The notes beneath the pieces are model-generated. The model ran no database searches and was not told where the DNA came from. It worked only from the letters and a program-made list of their open reading frames with translations. This document shows, one piece after another, positions 47,896 to 56,336 of a stretch of 64,000 nt of DNA. This stretch comes from Blastocatellia bacterium (GTDB taxonomy: Bacteria > Acidobacteriota > Blastocatellia > RBC074). The position numbers were made by a program, and so were the translations under genes. Where the stretch lies: contig JBBQVH010000012.1 in NCBI GenBank assembly GCA_038211695.1, forward strand, positions 22,479 through 86,478, given 5' to 3'. Numbering within the stretch: position 1 is the stretch's first letter; each line of letters begins with the position of its first letter.

Positions 47896-50388
47896 ATGAG
47901 AAGAAAGAATCTAGCGCGGGTGTTGATTGTGCTGGCCGTGTTGACGGCTTGGGCGCTTGTGCCTTCGCGGCAAGAAGCGCAGAGCAAATCGGACGAGTTC
48001 GAGAAAACGATCCAGCCCTTTCTCGCCGACAACTGCGTTGCCTGCCATAACGAAAAGCGCAAATCGGGCGAACTGAATCTGGACACATACAAAACTGCGG
48101 CCAGCATTACGCAAGCAGGCGCGCATAACCGCGATCAGTGGGAAACTATCCTGCTGAAGTTGAAGACCGGCGAGATGCCGCCCAAAAGCGCGCCGCGTCC
48201 GGAACCTGCGGAATTGAAAGCCGTCATTGCCTGGATCGAAAGCGAGTTTGCCATTGCCGACCGCAACGTGAAGCCCGATCCGGGCCGCGTCACAGCGCGA
48301 CGGCTGAACCGCAGCGAATACAACAACACGGTGCGCGATCTGCTGGGTGTGGATTACAAACCGGCAGACGACTTTCCGCAGGATGATTCCGGTTATGGCT
48401 TCGATAACATTGGCGACGTGTTGTCGCTGTCACCAGTGCTGATGGAAAAGTATCTGACGGCGGCGGAAAAGATCGCTCGTACGGCGGTTTTCGGCGCGGA
48501 GCAGATGAAGCCCACAATGGCGCGCCTGCGATCTGAAGGCCGCAAAGTCGCGCCTTCGCAGAAGGCGCTGACCGAGTACGACGTGACGGGATTGAGCCTG
48601 CCCAATGCCCTCCACGTCACGCATAAGTTTCCGGTAGATGGCGAATACAACTTCCGCGTTTTTCTGGGCGGCAATCGCCCGGCGGCTTCCGGGCCACTTT
48701 CGATTGCAGTGTGGGTGGATGGACAGCAGGCGCAATCGCTGGATTTCGATCCCGAAAAACTGGCTTCTTTTGAAATTGACCGGCAGGAATTGGGCGGAAA
48801 AGTCGCGGAGCTTCGCGCCAAAGTTCCGGCGGGCGAACATTGGGTGGCGATCACATTGCAGCATCTGTATGAAGGATTGCCCGCGCGTTACAACGGGCCA
48901 AATCCATCAAACCGCCCGGAACCGCCCGCGCCGGAATTCAAACCGCGCCCAGGTTTGCTGCCGGAGCGGTTAGCCGATGCCAGGAAAAAATTCGACGAGG
49001 CGCGCGCCGTATCCCAGAAGATTCCCGCCAACGATGCCCGCATCAGCGCTGTGGAGATTGGCGGCCCCTACAACCAACCCAAAGGGCCATCGGCGGAGAG
49101 CCACAAAAAGATTTTCATCTGTGACCTGAAACAGGCAGGATGCGATAGGAAGATCATCACAGACCTGGCACGCCGAGCCTACCGCCGCCCCGCAACGATG
49201 GCGGAAATCAATCAACTGACAAGCTTGGTGGCGATGGCTAAACGCCAGGGCGATTCAGTCGAAGAAGGCCTGGTGCAGGCGATTCAGGCCATGCTGGTTT
49301 CGCCGCACTTCCTTTTTAGAATTGAGCAGGATCGTCAAACGGCTTCCGCCAAAGCCACTGCGGAGTTTTCGACCATTGGCCAATACGAATTGGCTTCGCG
49401 CCTGTCTTACTTTCTGTGGTCGAGCATGCCGGATGAAGAATTATTCCGCAGCGCGGAGCAAGGTGCTTTGCGCAAGCCGAACGTTCTAGCCGCGCAAGTA
49501 CAGCGAATGCTGCGCGACCCGAAATCGCATGCGCTGGTCGAAAATTTCGGCGGACAATGGCTGGAACTGCGCAGGCTGGAATCCCAGAAGCCGGATCAAC
49601 AGAAATTCCCGGAGTATGAAGAATACCTGCGCCGGTCAATGCGCCAGGAAACCGAGATGTTTTTTGAAAACATCGTTCGCGAAGACCGCAGCATCTTGGA
49701 TTTTATTGACGGCAATTATTCTTTCCTGAATGAGCGACTGGCGCAGTTTTACAAAATTCCCGGCGTCAAAGGGCCGGAGTTTCGCAAAGTCATATTGCCA
49801 CCCGAATCGCAGCGCGGTGGCATTCTAACGCAAGCCAGCATTCTGACGGTTTCGTCCTATGCCACGCGGACCTCGCCGGTGCTGCGCGGCAAATGGATTC
49901 TGGAAAATATTCTGAATGCGCCGCCGCCGCCGCCGCCGCCGGACGTGCCCAATCTGGATGTCGCGCATGTCGGCTCTTCCGTTTCGCTGCGCCAGCAACT
50001 GGAAGAGCATCGCAAAAACACCATTTGCGCTTCCTGCCATTCGCGCATGGATCCGCTGGGCTTCGGCTTGGAGAATTTCAACGCCATCGGCGCGTGGCGG
50101 ACAAAAGACGGGAGCTTGCCAGTGGATTCCGCAGGCACACTACCCGATGGCCGCTCATTCAATGGGCCGACGGAATTGAAGGCGATTGTAAAAGCCGACA
50201 GCAATGCCTTCGCCGAATGTTTGACCGAAAAGCTGCTGACGTATGCGCTGGGACGCGGCATTGAACGTTACGACAAACCGGCGATCAAACAGATCGCTGG
50301 CCGGTTGGCCGCCAACAACTATCGTTTTTCCACGTTGGCGCTGGAAATTGCCAACAGTTTGCCGTTTCAAAATCGAAGGAAGGTGTAG
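47896..50388 (+). CDS. DUF1587/DUF1592/DUF1595/DUF1588/DUF1585 multidomain protein with Planctomycete-type cytochrome-c (PSCyt) domain
   Basis: Signal peptide MRRKNLARVLIVLAVLTAWALVPS. The PSCyt1 heme-binding-like motif is FLADNCVACHNEKRKSGELNLDTY. A second CxxCH-like motif is ICASCHSRMDPLGFGLENF. This is the typical ~830 aa architecture that pairs with DUF1552. A (CCG)7 tract at about 49919-49945 encodes PPPPPPP. Confidence 0.75.
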   Translation: MRRKNLARVLIVLAVLTAWALVPSRQEAQSKSDEFEKTIQPFLADNCVACHNEKRKSGELNLDTYKTAASITQAGAHNRDQWETILLKLKTGEMPPKSAPRPEPAELKAVIAWIESEFAIADRNVKPDPGRVTARRLNRSEYNNTVRDLLGVDYKPADDFPQDDSGYGFDNIGDVLSLSPVLMEKYLTAAEKIARTAVFGAEQMKPTMARLRSEGRKVAPSQKALTEYDVTGLSLPNALHVTHKFPVDGEYNFRVFLGGNRPAASGPLSIAVWVDGQQAQSLDFDPEKLASFEIDRQELGGKVAELRAKVPAGEHWVAITLQHLYEGLPARYNGPNPSNRPEPPAPEFKPRPGLLPERLADARKKFDEARAVSQKIPANDARISAVEIGGPYNQPKGPSAESHKKIFICDLKQAGCDRKIITDLARRAYRRPATMAEINQLTSLVAMAKRQGDSVEEGLVQAIQAMLVSPHFLFRIEQDRQTASAKATAEFSTIGQYELASRLSYFLWSSMPDEELFRSAEQGALRKPNVLAAQVQRMLRDPKSHALVENFGGQWLELRRLESQKPDQQKFPEYEEYLRRSMRQETEMFFENIVREDRSILDFIDGNYSFLNERLAQFYKIPGVKGPEFRKVILPPESQRGGILTQASILTVSSYATRTSPVLRGKWILENILNAPPPPPPPDVPNLDVAHVGSSVSLRQQLEEHRKNTICASCHSRMDPLGFGLENFNAIGAWRTKDGSLPVDSAGTLPDGRSFNGPTELKAIVKADSNAFAECLTEKLLTYALGRGIERYDKPAIKQIAGRLAANNYRFSTLALEIANSLPFQNRRKV

Positions 50389-50396
50389 AGGAGATT

Positions 50397-51746
50397 ATGA
50401 TCATCACACGCAAACATCTGCCGAGACGCACATTTCTGAAAGGGCTGGGAACCGCCGCCATCGCACTGCCGATGCTGGACGCGATGACGCCTGCCTTCGC
50501 TTCTGTGCCCAAAGCGCCCGTCAGGCTGGCGTTTCTGTACGTGCCCAACGGCGTGGTCAACATTGATTGGTGGCGGCCCACGGGTGAAGGCAGGGACTTT
50601 CAATTCTCGCGGCTTCTAAAGCCGTTGGAAGCGCTACGCGATGACATCTTCGTCCTCTCCAAATTGGATGATCACAACGGCAATGCGCTGGGCGATGGCC
50701 CCGGCGATCATGGACGAGCAGGCGCATCTTTTCTGTCCGGCGTGCATTGCAAAAAGACTGCGGGTGCGGACATTCAAGCGGGCATTTCGGCGGATCAAGT
50801 CGCGGCGCAAGCCATTGGTTCACAGACGCGGTTCCCCTCGCTGGAACTGGGCTGCGAAGATTCGCGTACCGTGGGCAATTGCGATTCCGGCTACAGTTGC
50901 GCATACACCAACAGCATTTCGTGGCGCACGCCGACGACACCCAACCCGCCGGAAATCAATCCGCGCATGGCATTTGAGCGTTTGTTCGGCACCGCCGACC
51001 TGAGCCTGTCGCCGGAAGTGCGCACTCGCCGCGCGGCCTATCGCAAAAGCATTTTGGATATGGTTCGCGACGACACGCAGAAGCTTTCGGCCAGCCTGGG
51101 CGCAAATGACCGCCGCAAGATTGACGAATATCTGTTTGCGATTCGCGAGATTGAACAGCGCATTGAACGAGCTGAAAAGGACGACCGCGCAATTCAGCCT
51201 TCAATTGAAAAGCCGGCGGGGATTCCCGTCACCTTCAACGAATACGTGACGCTGATGTGCGACCTGCAGATGATGGCGTTCCAGACCGATCTGACACGCG
51301 TTTCCACGCTGATGTTCGCACGCGAAGGCAGCACGCGCGTTTATCCCGAAATTGGCATCAACGATCCGCATCATCCGCTGACGCACCACCGCAACAATGC
51401 TGACTGGATTGAGAAGGTCGCGCAGATCAACACCTATCACGTGGAAATGTTCGCGCAGTACCTGAAGAAGCTGAAAGCCACGAAAGACGGCGACGGCACG
51501 CTGCTGGACAATTGCATGATCGTGTATGGCGCGGGCATCAGCGACGGCAACAAACACAATCACGAAGACCTGCCCATTCTGCTGGCCGGTCGCGGCGGCG
51601 GCAGTTTCAAGCCGGGCCGCCACATCATGTATCCGAAGGGCACGCCGATGACCAGCTTCTATCTGACGCTGCTGGATCGCATGGGCGTGCAGCCCGAAAA
51701 GATCGGCGACAGCACGGGCAAAGTCGAACACCTGAGCGGCGTGTAG
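50397..51746 (+). CDS. DUF1552-domain protein with twin-arginine signal
   Basis: 449 aa. The Tat motif is MIITRKHLPRRTFLKGLGTAAIALPMLDAMTPAFA. AGGAG lies upstream. The gene starts 9 nt after the DUF1592 stop; this is the canonical operon pair. Confidence 0.75.
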   Translation: MIITRKHLPRRTFLKGLGTAAIALPMLDAMTPAFASVPKAPVRLAFLYVPNGVVNIDWWRPTGEGRDFQFSRLLKPLEALRDDIFVLSKLDDHNGNALGDGPGDHGRAGASFLSGVHCKKTAGADIQAGISADQVAAQAIGSQTRFPSLELGCEDSRTVGNCDSGYSCAYTNSISWRTPTTPNPPEINPRMAFERLFGTADLSLSPEVRTRRAAYRKSILDMVRDDTQKLSASLGANDRRKIDEYLFAIREIEQRIERAEKDDRAIQPSIEKPAGIPVTFNEYVTLMCDLQMMAFQTDLTRVSTLMFAREGSTRVYPEIGINDPHHPLTHHRNNADWIEKVAQINTYHVEMFAQYLKKLKATKDGDGTLLDNCMIVYGAGISDGNKHNHEDLPILLAGRGGGSFKPGRHIMYPKGTPMTSFYLTLLDRMGVQPEKIGDSTGKVEHLSGV

Positions 51747-51760
51747 CGAATAGACGGAAC

Positions 51761-51852
51761 TTTCAGACAGGATGAACAGGATTTTTCAGGATGAAGAATC
51801 CTGGTGGCTTTTCTAGGCCAATCCTGAACAATCCTGTTCGCCCTGTCTGAAA
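51761..51852. repeat. Nested palindromic element / terminator after the DUF1552 gene
   Basis: 'tttcagacaggatgaacaggatt' pairs with 'aatcctgttcgccctgtctgaaa' (23 nt arms, 2 mismatches). There is an inner 'caggatgaagaatcctg' hairpin. Confidence 0.45.
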
Positions 51853-51898
51853 CGATTGCTGGCTTCATCTTTCCCTCTTCACTGACAAAGGAAAATCT

Positions 51899-52744
51899 AT
51901 GTTCAAACGAAGTGCTGTCATGACGGCTGCGATTGTCTGTGCTTTGCTTGCCACAGTTGCGAAGGCCGAGATGCGCAAAGACATTGAATTCGCCAAACCA
52001 AATGGCTTCAGCCTGACGCTGGATGCTTATGTGCCCGATGGCGCAGGGCCTTTTCCCACTGCGATCATCGTTCACGGCGGAGGCTTTGCGCGTGGTGACA
52101 AACAGACCTACGTACCGCCCCTGTTTGAACCGCTCAGCCAGGCTGGCTTCACCTGGTTCACGATTAATTACCGCATGAATCCGCAGTTCAAGTTTCCCGC
52201 GCCAATTGAAGACATCGAAGCCGCCATTGCCTTCGTCAAAGCGCACGCCAAGGAATACAAAGTGGATTTGAGGCGCGTCGTATTGATCGGCGAATCGGCG
52301 GGCGGTGCGCTGGTTTCCTTCGTCGGTGTCAAAAATCAAAGCGCGATCAAACTGGCTGCCGTCGTGCCGTTTTACGGAGTTCACGATTGGCAGCAGCGCG
52401 CCGAAGAAGAAGCCGCGGGCAAAGTCGGCGCAAGCATCTGGCGCGAATTTTTCAGCGTTCCGCCAGGCAACTCGCCCGAAGCCATTAAGCGGATGAAGGA
52501 AGTATCCGCCGCGACCTACATCAAAAAAGGCCTGCCGCCCTTTCTGCTGATTCACAGCACGACGGATGAACAGGTTTATTACCAACAGTCCGTTGTCATG
52601 CAGCGGCGAATGAAAGAGGCGGGCAATACTTGCGATCTGATCACCGTCGAGGGCGCAAAACATGGAATGGCCATCGTTACTCAATTCCCTGACACCAAAG
52701 TGCAGATGATCGCGTGGCTGAAAAAGACGCTGAAGCTGAAATGA
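51899..52744 (+). CDS. Secreted alpha/beta-hydrolase esterase (acetylesterase-like, carbohydrate esterase)
   Basis: 281 aa with a signal peptide. The HGGGF oxyanion motif and GESAGG nucleophile elbow are present. It resembles the middle domain of the 31996 esterase. Confidence 0.75.
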   Translation: MFKRSAVMTAAIVCALLATVAKAEMRKDIEFAKPNGFSLTLDAYVPDGAGPFPTAIIVHGGGFARGDKQTYVPPLFEPLSQAGFTWFTINYRMNPQFKFPAPIEDIEAAIAFVKAHAKEYKVDLRRVVLIGESAGGALVSFVGVKNQSAIKLAAVVPFYGVHDWQQRAEEEAAGKVGASIWREFFSVPPGNSPEAIKRMKEVSAATYIKKGLPPFLLIHSTTDEQVYYQQSVVMQRRMKEAGNTCDLITVEGAKHGMAIVTQFPDTKVQMIAWLKKTLKLK

Positions 52745-52771
52745 CAGCAGATGACCGAGATAGGTTGAACT

Positions 52772-54100
52772 ATGCGACGATTAGGAATCACGACACTGTT
52801 ATTTTTGAGCGCGATCTTCTCCGCGCCTTTTGCCGCCGAAGAACCGCCGACGGAATGGATTGATCCCGCCACCGGCCATCGCGTCATTCGTCTGTCGCGC
52901 GAAGCAGGCAGCGCCAGCTTGTATTTTCATCAGAACGCCTACACGGCAGATGGACAGAAGCTGATCATCACGACGCCGACCGGGCTTTCGACCATCCATC
53001 TGAAAACGCGCGTGATCGAACAGATCGTCGAAGGCCGCGTCAACGTGATTGTCACGGGCAGAAAGACCGGGCAGGTCTATTACGCCAAACGCACCGGGAA
53101 CGAGACGATTATCTTCGCCACCGACCCGAACACCCGCGCGACAAAACAGATTGCCAAACTTCCGCGCGGCTCCGTTGCTTCGCTCAATGCGGATGAAACA
53201 TTGCTGCTGGGCAGTTACACCGAAAGCAGCGAAACGCAGCGGGTAAATCAACCGGTGGGCCAACCCGTGGGCGTAACAGAAGGCAACGGGCAACGCCCGC
53301 AAGGCGAATGGGCAGCGCAAGCAGAAACAAAAGGCCCTGACGGCAAGCCGCTGACTTTTGCCGAACAGAAGGAAGTGCGACTGAACAGTCGTCTGGAACA
53401 GCGGCTGCCGATGGCGATCTTCACCGTCAACACGCAGACCGGCGAGATGAAGACGGTTCATCGCGCGACGGACTGGTTGAATCACCTGCAATTTTCGCCC
53501 ACCGATCCCGGCTTGATTATGTTTTGCCACGAAGGCCCCTGGCACAAAGTGGATCGTATCTGGACGATTCGCACAGATGGAACCGGGTTGACCAAAGTCC
53601 ACGCGCGGACGATGAACATGGAAATCGCCGGGCATGAGTTTTTCAATGCCGATGGCAAAACCATCTGGTATGACCTGCAAACGCCGCGCGGCGAAGATTT
53701 CTGGTTGGCTGGCTACGAACTGGCCACCGCCCGGCGTACCTGGTATCACCTCGAACGCGACGAATGGTCTGTGCATTTCAACGTTTCGCCCGATGGGAAG
53801 CTGTTTGCAGGCGACGGTGGCGATGACGAGATGGTTGCGCACGCCAAAGACGGCAAATGGATTTACCTGTTCCGTCCGCAAACCATCCCCGACGTGGCCG
53901 GGATCAAAGCGCCCAACGCCAAAGACCTGGTCAACCCCGGATTTTTCAAATCAGAGCGGCTGGTCAATATGGCCAAGCACGATTACCGCTTGGAACCGAA
54001 CGTGACCTTTTCGCCGGATATGAAATGGATCATCTTCCGTTCGAATATGTTCGGCGCGACGCACGTTTTCGCCGTCGAAACTGAGAGGTCAAAGAGTTGA
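52772..54100 (+). CDS. ogl: Oligogalacturonide lyase paralog (PL22) with signal peptide and a ~40 aa insertion
   Basis: 442 aa. It shares GHRVIRLSREAGSASLYFHQNAYTADGQKL, HWSVHFNVSPDGKLFAGDGG and FSPDMKWIIFRSNMFGATHVFAVE with the 24474 copy. It carries an extra GNGQRPQGEWAAQAETKGPDGKP insert. Confidence 0.7.
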   Translation: MRRLGITTLLFLSAIFSAPFAAEEPPTEWIDPATGHRVIRLSREAGSASLYFHQNAYTADGQKLIITTPTGLSTIHLKTRVIEQIVEGRVNVIVTGRKTGQVYYAKRTGNETIIFATDPNTRATKQIAKLPRGSVASLNADETLLLGSYTESSETQRVNQPVGQPVGVTEGNGQRPQGEWAAQAETKGPDGKPLTFAEQKEVRLNSRLEQRLPMAIFTVNTQTGEMKTVHRATDWLNHLQFSPTDPGLIMFCHEGPWHKVDRIWTIRTDGTGLTKVHARTMNMEIAGHEFFNADGKTIWYDLQTPRGEDFWLAGYELATARRTWYHLERDEWSVHFNVSPDGKLFAGDGGDDEMVAHAKDGKWIYLFRPQTIPDVAGIKAPNAKDLVNPGFFKSERLVNMAKHDYRLEPNVTFSPDMKWIIFRSNMFGATHVFAVETERSKS

Positions 54101-54174
54101 TATTCGTGGCTGCTGAGCCAGTGCAGTTACTGATATTCATCAGCGAACCAACCCTGTTTTCAATGGAGGACAAA

Positions 54175-55041
54175 ATGAACAAACTGTTGATCGCAGCAGC
54201 CGCGCTACTGCTCGTTTCATTTTCTGCATACGCCCAAGACGCCTCGAACTCACACGCCCATCATTCGATGGAAGCCAACACCTTCAACCCTCCGGGGCAG
54301 GATTGGGCCAAAGCGCGAGTGGATAAATCCCCGCGCCATCAGGAATGGGTCAAGGTCAAGCAGGGCAGCCGGAACGTCAATTCCTTCGTGGTCTATCCGG
54401 AAGTCAAAAACAAAGCGACCGCCGTCATCGTCATCCACGAAATTTTCGGGATGACCGATTGGGTGCGCAGCGTCGCCGATCAATTGGCCGAAGCCGGCTA
54501 CATTGCCATCGCGCCCGATTTGCTTTCAGGCGCTGGGGAAAATGGCGGCGGTACAGAAGCGATTGCCGACCGTAGCAAGATTGGCCAAGTCATCCGCGAT
54601 CTGCCCGCCGACCAAATCACCGCCGATCTGAACGCCGTCGCCGATTACGTCACCAAACTGCCCGCGGCCAATGGCAAACTGGTGGTGATGGGCTTCTGTT
54701 ACGGCGGCGGCCAGACGTTCCGCTTCGCCACCAATCGGGCAAAGCTGAATGCCGCGCTAGCCTTTTACGGTACCGGCCCGGAAGACGCCGCGGCCATCGC
54801 CCGAATCAAAGCGCCGGTATACGGTTTTTACGGCGGCAACGACGCGCGCGTGAACGCGACTATCCCAAAGAGCACGGAGTTGATGAAGGCCGCTGGCAAA
54901 ACGTATGAGCCGGTGACGTACGAAGGCGCGGGCCACGGCTTTATGCGTGCGGGCGAAGACCCTGCCAATACCGTCGAGGCAAACAAGAAGGCGCACGATC
55001 AAGCCTGGGTGCGCGTGAAGGAGATTCTCAAGAAGCTCTGA
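54175..55041 (+). CDS. Dienelactone hydrolase-family protein, secreted
   Basis: GGAGGA lies 5 nt upstream of the ATG at 54175. Signal peptide MNKLLIAAAALLLVSFSAYAQ. The DLH motifs IHEIFG and GFCYGG (nucleophile Cys) are present, along with GAGHGF. Confidence 0.75.
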   Translation: MNKLLIAAAALLLVSFSAYAQDASNSHAHHSMEANTFNPPGQDWAKARVDKSPRHQEWVKVKQGSRNVNSFVVYPEVKNKATAVIVIHEIFGMTDWVRSVADQLAEAGYIAIAPDLLSGAGENGGGTEAIADRSKIGQVIRDLPADQITADLNAVADYVTKLPAANGKLVVMGFCYGGGQTFRFATNRAKLNAALAFYGTGPEDAAAIARIKAPVYGFYGGNDARVNATIPKSTELMKAAGKTYEPVTYEGAGHGFMRAGEDPANTVEANKKAHDQAWVRVKEILKKL

Positions 55042-55065
55042 GCTTGAGATCGCCTTTTAACGCAA

Positions 55066-55122
55066 AGGATCAAAGGGACAAAAGGCATAATCAAATCAAG
55101 CCTTTGTTCCTTTAATCCTTTA
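55066..55122. terminator. Hairpin terminator after the dienelactone hydrolase gene
   Basis: 'aaaggatcaaagggacaaaaggc' then a loop then 'gcctttgttcctttaatccttt'. Confidence 0.5.
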
Positions 55123-55180
55123 GCGGTGGCAGGCGGTGGCGGTAACTGAACGATGCGCGCCGCGAAATGGAGGAGAAGCT

Positions 55181-55531
55181 ATGTGGACTGACGAGAAACA
55201 ACGGCAACTTGATGCGCTGCGGGAGAAGGAGTTCGCCGGAACGCTGACTGCGGACGAACAACAGCAACTCGAATCGCTCTTTGCTGAGATGGATCAAGAA
55301 GAAGCGGAAAGGCTGCGCCCGGCGCTGGAACAGATGAAGCAAGAGCATCAGCAAGACCAGACTGAGATTGCGCAATTGCAAAAGGAGAAGGCGCTGCTGG
55401 CAACGCTGGCTGCGCAAGAAGAGCAGTTGTTGCGTCGTGCCAAAGCCTTCTTGCAGGAAGTGCAAAGCGAGAAGGCGCGGTTGCGCGCCGAATATGAGAG
55501 CGCGCTGGCGGAATTGTCACGCGCCGCCTGA
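55181..55531 (+). CDS. Small Glu/Gln-rich coiled-coil protein, function unknown
   Basis: 116 aa from the ATG at 55181. GGAGG lies 7 nt upstream. The sequence (MWTDEKQRQLDALREKEFAGTLTADEQQQLESLFAEMDQEEAERLRPALEQMKQEHQQDQTEIAQLQKEKALLATLAAQEE...) has heptad-like charged periodicity. Antisense ORFs overlap it, so its coding status is uncertain. Confidence 0.4.
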   Translation: MWTDEKQRQLDALREKEFAGTLTADEQQQLESLFAEMDQEEAERLRPALEQMKQEHQQDQTEIAQLQKEKALLATLAAQEEQLLRRAKAFLQEVQSEKARLRAEYESALAELSRAA

Positions 55532-55626
55532 ATCGCTAACCCCCAAACTTTATGATCAGCCGTGAACTTCGAGAAGCTGTGCGCCGCGCCTATAGGTTCA
55601 AACTTCTGCCCCTTTTACATTTCCCG

Positions 55627-56263
55627 TCCCGGAGGGACATTGGAGATTAGCCGGTGATGTAATCACCGGAACAAGCAACCACAACCGCCGCGCCCTGAAG
55701 GGGCGCAGGAAAGGAGTCGGGCGTTATGCCATCAACTCATCTCAGCCTGCATTACCATCTGATCTTCAGCACGAAAGACCGTGTGGCATATATGGGCAAA
55801 GATTGGCGTGACCGGCTGCATGCCTATATGGGCGGCATCGTGAGCGACTTGGGTGGCGTGCCAGAGGCCGTGGGCGGCATCGAAGATCACGTTCATCTGT
55901 TGGTCGGATTGCGCGCAACTCATCAATTGTCGGAGGTCTTGAAGGAGATCAAAGCCTCGTCGTCAAAGTGGGTGCATCAGGAATTGAAAAAGCCGCTCTT
56001 TTCGTGGCAAGAAGGGTATGGAGCGTTCACGGTCGGCGCGTCCCAACGCCAAACTATCAAGGATTACATCGCACGACAGGAAGAACATCATCAACGCAAG
56101 ACATTCCAGGAAGAGTATCTGGAGTTTCTGAAAGCGTACGGCGTGGAGTACAACGAAAAGTATCTGTGGTGAGGTTCATTCCAGCGCCCCTTCAGGGCGC
56201 GCAAGTTTAACGCGCACGGTTTCCGGTGATTCCATCACCGGCTAATTTCCGTAGCGCCTCCGG
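55627..56263. mobile_element. Compact IS200/IS605-like (or REPtron/RAYT-like) element: tnpA flanked by ~40 bp inverted palindromic ends
   Basis: The left end 'cccggagggacattggagattagccggtgatgtaatcaccgg' (55627-55668) is the inverted counterpart of the right end 'ccggtgattccatcaccggctaatttccgtagcgcctccgg' (56223-56263). The inner 'gcgccctgaaggggcgc' (55689-55705) matches 'gcgccccttcagggcgc' (56184-56200). Confidence 0.6.
55726..56172 (+). CDS. tnpA: IS200/IS605-family Y1 (HUH) transposase TnpA / REP-associated tyrosine transposase-like
   Basis: 148 aa. AGGAG lies 10 nt upstream. The HUH motif is DHVHLLV. Downstream, SSKWVHQELKK...WQEGYGAF corresponds to the conserved SSxW...WQRSY catalytic-Tyr helix of the Y1_Tnp family. 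Confidence 0.75.
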   Translation: MPSTHLSLHYHLIFSTKDRVAYMGKDWRDRLHAYMGGIVSDLGGVPEAVGGIEDHVHLLVGLRATHQLSEVLKEIKASSSKWVHQELKKPLFSWQEGYGAFTVGASQRQTIKDYIARQEEHHQRKTFQEEYLEFLKAYGVEYNEKYLW

Positions 56264-56336
56264 CGCAAAGACTTTTGCGGAGATCAATGACGCAAGCTGG
56301 GAAGCGATGCGCACGTGAGGCTGATTGGATACGGTT

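Noticed and set aside
56325-56336. Track start of the ROCO-TIR ORF at 56325
   Set aside because: Position 56325 is a TTG. The first ATG is at 56337, and no good RBS supports either, so the ATG was chosen. The true start is unresolved.
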